From: Methanocaldococcus indicus
Lineage (GTDB): Archaea; AGJL01; Methanococci; Methanococcales; Methanocaldococcaceae
Length of the DNA: 64,000 nt
Direction: 5' to 3'
NCBI RefSeq assembly: GCF_049554935.1
Contig: NZ_CP186926.1
Coordinates: 544,001 to 608,000, forward strand
Shown: piece by piece, positions 61,740 through 64,000 of the stretch
Numbering within the stretch: the stretch's first letter is position 1
Layout of the letters: every line of letters begins with the position of its first letter
Notes under the pieces: model-generated
The model's input: the letters and a program-made list of their open reading frames with translations, nothing else
Database searches by the model: none
What the model was told of the DNA's origin: nothing
Made by a program: the position numbers and the translations under genes

Positions 61740-62585
61740 TTATCTTACAAGGTATCTTAATATCTTCTCAGCCCCATCTGTTGGTTCTAATGCTCCTTTA
61801 TAAACTTCTTCAACAATATCTTTGATAAATTTTTTATCTTTTGTATTTTTTAAATATTGAATAAATAAAGGGCAATATCCTAAATCTTCTCTACATTTGA
61901 TTGGAAATATCTTAATAAAATTAATGAATGTTTGAGATTTTTTTGTTACTATATCTGTTGATAAGCATGTTGTGAATATAGTTCCTTCTTCTTTTATGTA
62001 GTTAGATAGAAATCCACAAGGATAACTGTTTATAACTTCTTTAAAATTAATAGTTAGATTTATTGTTTTATAAGGTATTTTATTTTCTTCTAAATATTCA
62101 ATTATATTTTTTCTAACTTTTGGAGGAGTTATTGGATTATTATTCAATATTATTGCCTCAACACTAAAAATATCCTTTAAAATCTTTAAAACTTCTAAAT
62201 CTTTTTGGCATGAAATTAAAACTTTAACTTTTCTGTTACTCTTTTTATTTTCTAAAAAATAGTTTGAAATATCTAACACTTCCTGATTTTTATAAAATTT
62301 TTTTATTAATTTACATCTCTCCTTAAAAAGTATAAAATCAGAATAATCTTCAACTTTAATAACATCTACATCCAACAATTTTTTAAGTTTTCCTACTATC
62401 CAGCCTCCTGGTCCAATAATAGCAGATTTATCACTTCTATTTTTTGTATAAATATATAAAATATTATTTTCAAGTTTTATATCTACAATATCTATATCCA
62501 CTTTTTTTAATCCAATACTTTCTCTTATTTCATTTATATATCTAATTATTTCTGATGGCAATAATTGTCTTTCCTCCTTTGACAT
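61740..62585 (-). CDS. KH-domain protein with a degenerate PP-loop-like C-terminal domain
   Basis: RSDKSAIIGPGGW (KH GxxG), YPCG, GYCP and C-terminal GALEPTDGA. No SGGxDS. Confidence 0.6.
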   Translation of the reverse strand: MSKEERQLLPSEIIRYINEIRESIGLKKVDIDIVDIKLENNILYIYTKNRSDKSAIIGPGGWIVGKLKKLLDVDVIKVEDYSDFILFKERCKLIKKFYKNQEVLDISNYFLENKKSNRKVKVLISCQKDLEVLKILKDIFSVEAIILNNNPITPPKVRKNIIEYLEENKIPYKTINLTINFKEVINSYPCGFLSNYIKEEGTIFTTCLSTDIVTKKSQTFINFIKIFPIKCREDLGYCPLFIQYLKNTKDKKFIKDIVEEVYKGALEPTDGAEKILRYLVR

Positions 62586-63147
62586 GTTCCCCTACTTTAA
62601 CCAAAATTTTGTAGTTCTTTGGTAGAATTAAAGCTGTTTGTGAGCCAAGTTTTATTTTTCCAATTAGTTCTCCAACTTCAACAGTGTCATTAACATGAAC
62701 ATAATAAACACATCTTTTAGCAACTACTCCTGCAATTTGAACAACTCCTATATAATCTCCATTATTTGCTTTTATAATCATTATATTTCTTTCATTGTTC
62801 TTTTCAACATTGTTAAAGAATGCTGGATAAAAACTACCATCAATATGCTTCATATAAACTACTTTTCCACTTACAGGAGCTCTATTTACATGAACATCTA
62901 ATGGAGACATAAATATTCCAATAACATAAGCCCCTTCTGGAAAATACTTACTAATATTTAATTTATATGAATTCCCATCTTTAAATACTTCTATATCTTT
63001 ACTAAATGTTATATACTCAACAGTGCCATCAGCAGGAGATAAAACAACAGAATCATTAACATTAGGAATGTCAATATCTGGAACTCTATAAAAGTATGCT
63101 GTAAATAACATCAACACAACAACAGAAAAAGCAAACAACTTCTTCAT
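62542..63147 (-). CDS. psd: Archaetidylserine/phosphatidylserine decarboxylase proenzyme
   Basis: SPADG, IFMSPLDVHVNRAP, NER, QIAG and LGS autocleavage site. Confidence 0.92.
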   Translation of the reverse strand: MKKLFAFSVVVLMLFTAYFYRVPDIDIPNVNDSVVLSPADGTVEYITFSKDIEVFKDGNSYKLNISKYFPEGAYVIGIFMSPLDVHVNRAPVSGKVVYMKHIDGSFYPAFFNNVEKNNERNIMIIKANNGDYIGVVQIAGVVAKRCVYYVHVNDTVEVGELIGKIKLGSQTALILPKNYKILVKVGEHVKGGKTIIAIRNN

Positions 63148-63193
63148 GTTCTCACCTAAAAAGAAATTAGAGCTTAAAATTTATAAATTAAGG

Positions 63194-63252
63194 GGCATCA
63201 GACGGCTTGCTACTCATCACAATTCAGACGGGGATAAACATTATCATCTGCC
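63194..63252 (-). ncRNA. Box C/D 2'-O-methylation guide sRNA
   Basis: Minus strand reads GGCA-G-ATGATAA (C)-TGTTTATCCCCGT-CTGA (D')-ATT-GTGATGA (C')-GTAGCAAGCCGT-CTGA (D)-TGCC. Terminal GGCA/TGCC stem, 12-13 nt guides, and a GC-rich island in AT-rich DNA. Confidence 0.85.
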
Positions 63253-64000
63253 TATAAGATTTTTAATAATCTCTTTTATATTATTTATATCTTTATCTGT
63301 TTTACCTTTGGCAAGATAGTCTTTTCCACCACCTTTTCCAATAATCTTAATTAGTTCATTCATATCTATTTTTACATTGTCCCCTCTCTTGCACACAATA
63401 AAGTTATTTTCATTGATTAAGATAACTATTTTATTGTCTAAAGCTAAATTATCTACTAAACTTAGCATTTCATTTGGATTTAAATTAACTTTTTCTACTA
63501 ATATTTCATATTCTCCAATCTTCTCAAATTTATTCATTAATTCATATTTTTTAAGCTCACCAACTTTCTTCTCCAACTCCTCTACCTTTTTTCTTAGTTG
63601 TTTATATTCATCATATAGTTTTTCAACTCCTTTATCTATCTCCTCAGGATTTACTCTTAAAATTTCTGATGCTTTATTTATCTTATCCTCTAACTCTTGA
63701 ATATATTCTAAAGATTTCAATCCAGATGAAAAGATAACTCTCTCTACACCATCTTGAATTCTTTCTGTCTTTAATATCTTTATAAATCCTACCTCTCCGG
63801 TATTTTGGCAATGAGTTCCTCCACAAGCTTGCACATCTATAATATTGTTATTGTTATCTTTAATCATAACAATTCTCAATATATCTCCTGGAACTACTCC
63901 TCCTTGATATATTCTAAATCCAAATTTTTCCTCAGCTTCATTCCTATCCATAAATACACTTTCTATTTTATAGTTACTAAGAACTATTTTATTAGCTATC
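63244..64000 (-). CDS. alaS: Alanine--tRNA ligase, C-terminal part (continues beyond the window)
   Basis: [16 protein letters not shown] editing motif, RIQDGVER and DHHA1 GKGGG. Confidence 0.93.
   Translation of the reverse strand, partial: IANKIVLSNYKIESVFMDRNEAEEKFGFRIYQGGVVPGDILRIVMIKDNNNNIIDVQACGGTHCQNTGEVGFIKILKTERIQDGVERVIFSSGLKSLEYIQELEDKINKASEILRVNPEEIDKGVEKLYDEYKQLRKKVEELEKKVGELKKYELMNKFEKIGEYEILVEKVNLNPNEMLSLVDNLALDNKIVILINENNFIVCKRGDNVKIDMNELIKIIGKGGGKDYLAKGKTDKDINNIKEIIKNLIGR

Noticed and set aside
63190-63225. GTGATGAG...CTGATGCCCC (minus strand) superficially resembles a fluoride riboswitch, and crcB lies 3.6 kb away
   Set aside because: The riboswitch P1 and pseudoknot pairings are missing, the element is not in the crcB leader (crcB overlaps cbiE), and a box C/D layout explains every segment.

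Overview
AT-rich, CpG-poor archaeal chromosome segment. Gene content points to a hyperthermophilic methanogen of the Methanococcales, probably Methanocaldococcus-like (inferred from methanogenesis marker 15, Fsr, FprA, SelB, BpsA, AksE, AroB', EppA pili, AglB and GGTGA-type ribosome-binding sites). Most of the window is housekeeping: about 60 CDS, an intron-containing tRNA-Trp(CCA) and tRNA-Ala(GGC). Three things stand out. (1) A narK / assimilatory nitrate reductase / Fsr-like F420-dependent siroheme reductase operon (2489-7873), preceded by two NrpR-type operators and a long inverted repeat that reaches into the ribosome-binding site. This looks like a nitrogen-regulated, F420-linked nitrate assimilation system in a methanogen. 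(2) A full-length MutS1 with no MutL in the window, overlapping a small PD-(D/E)xK-like nuclease gene (44013-46927). (3) A box C/D guide sRNA not covered by the ORF track, overlapping the alaS stop codon (63194-63252), whose two guides appear complementary to the 23S rRNA peptidyl-transferase region. No CRISPR array, transposase or integrase was seen. All calls come from motif recognition by eye; no searches were run. Where an RBS supports a later start codon than the ORF track, that start is given.
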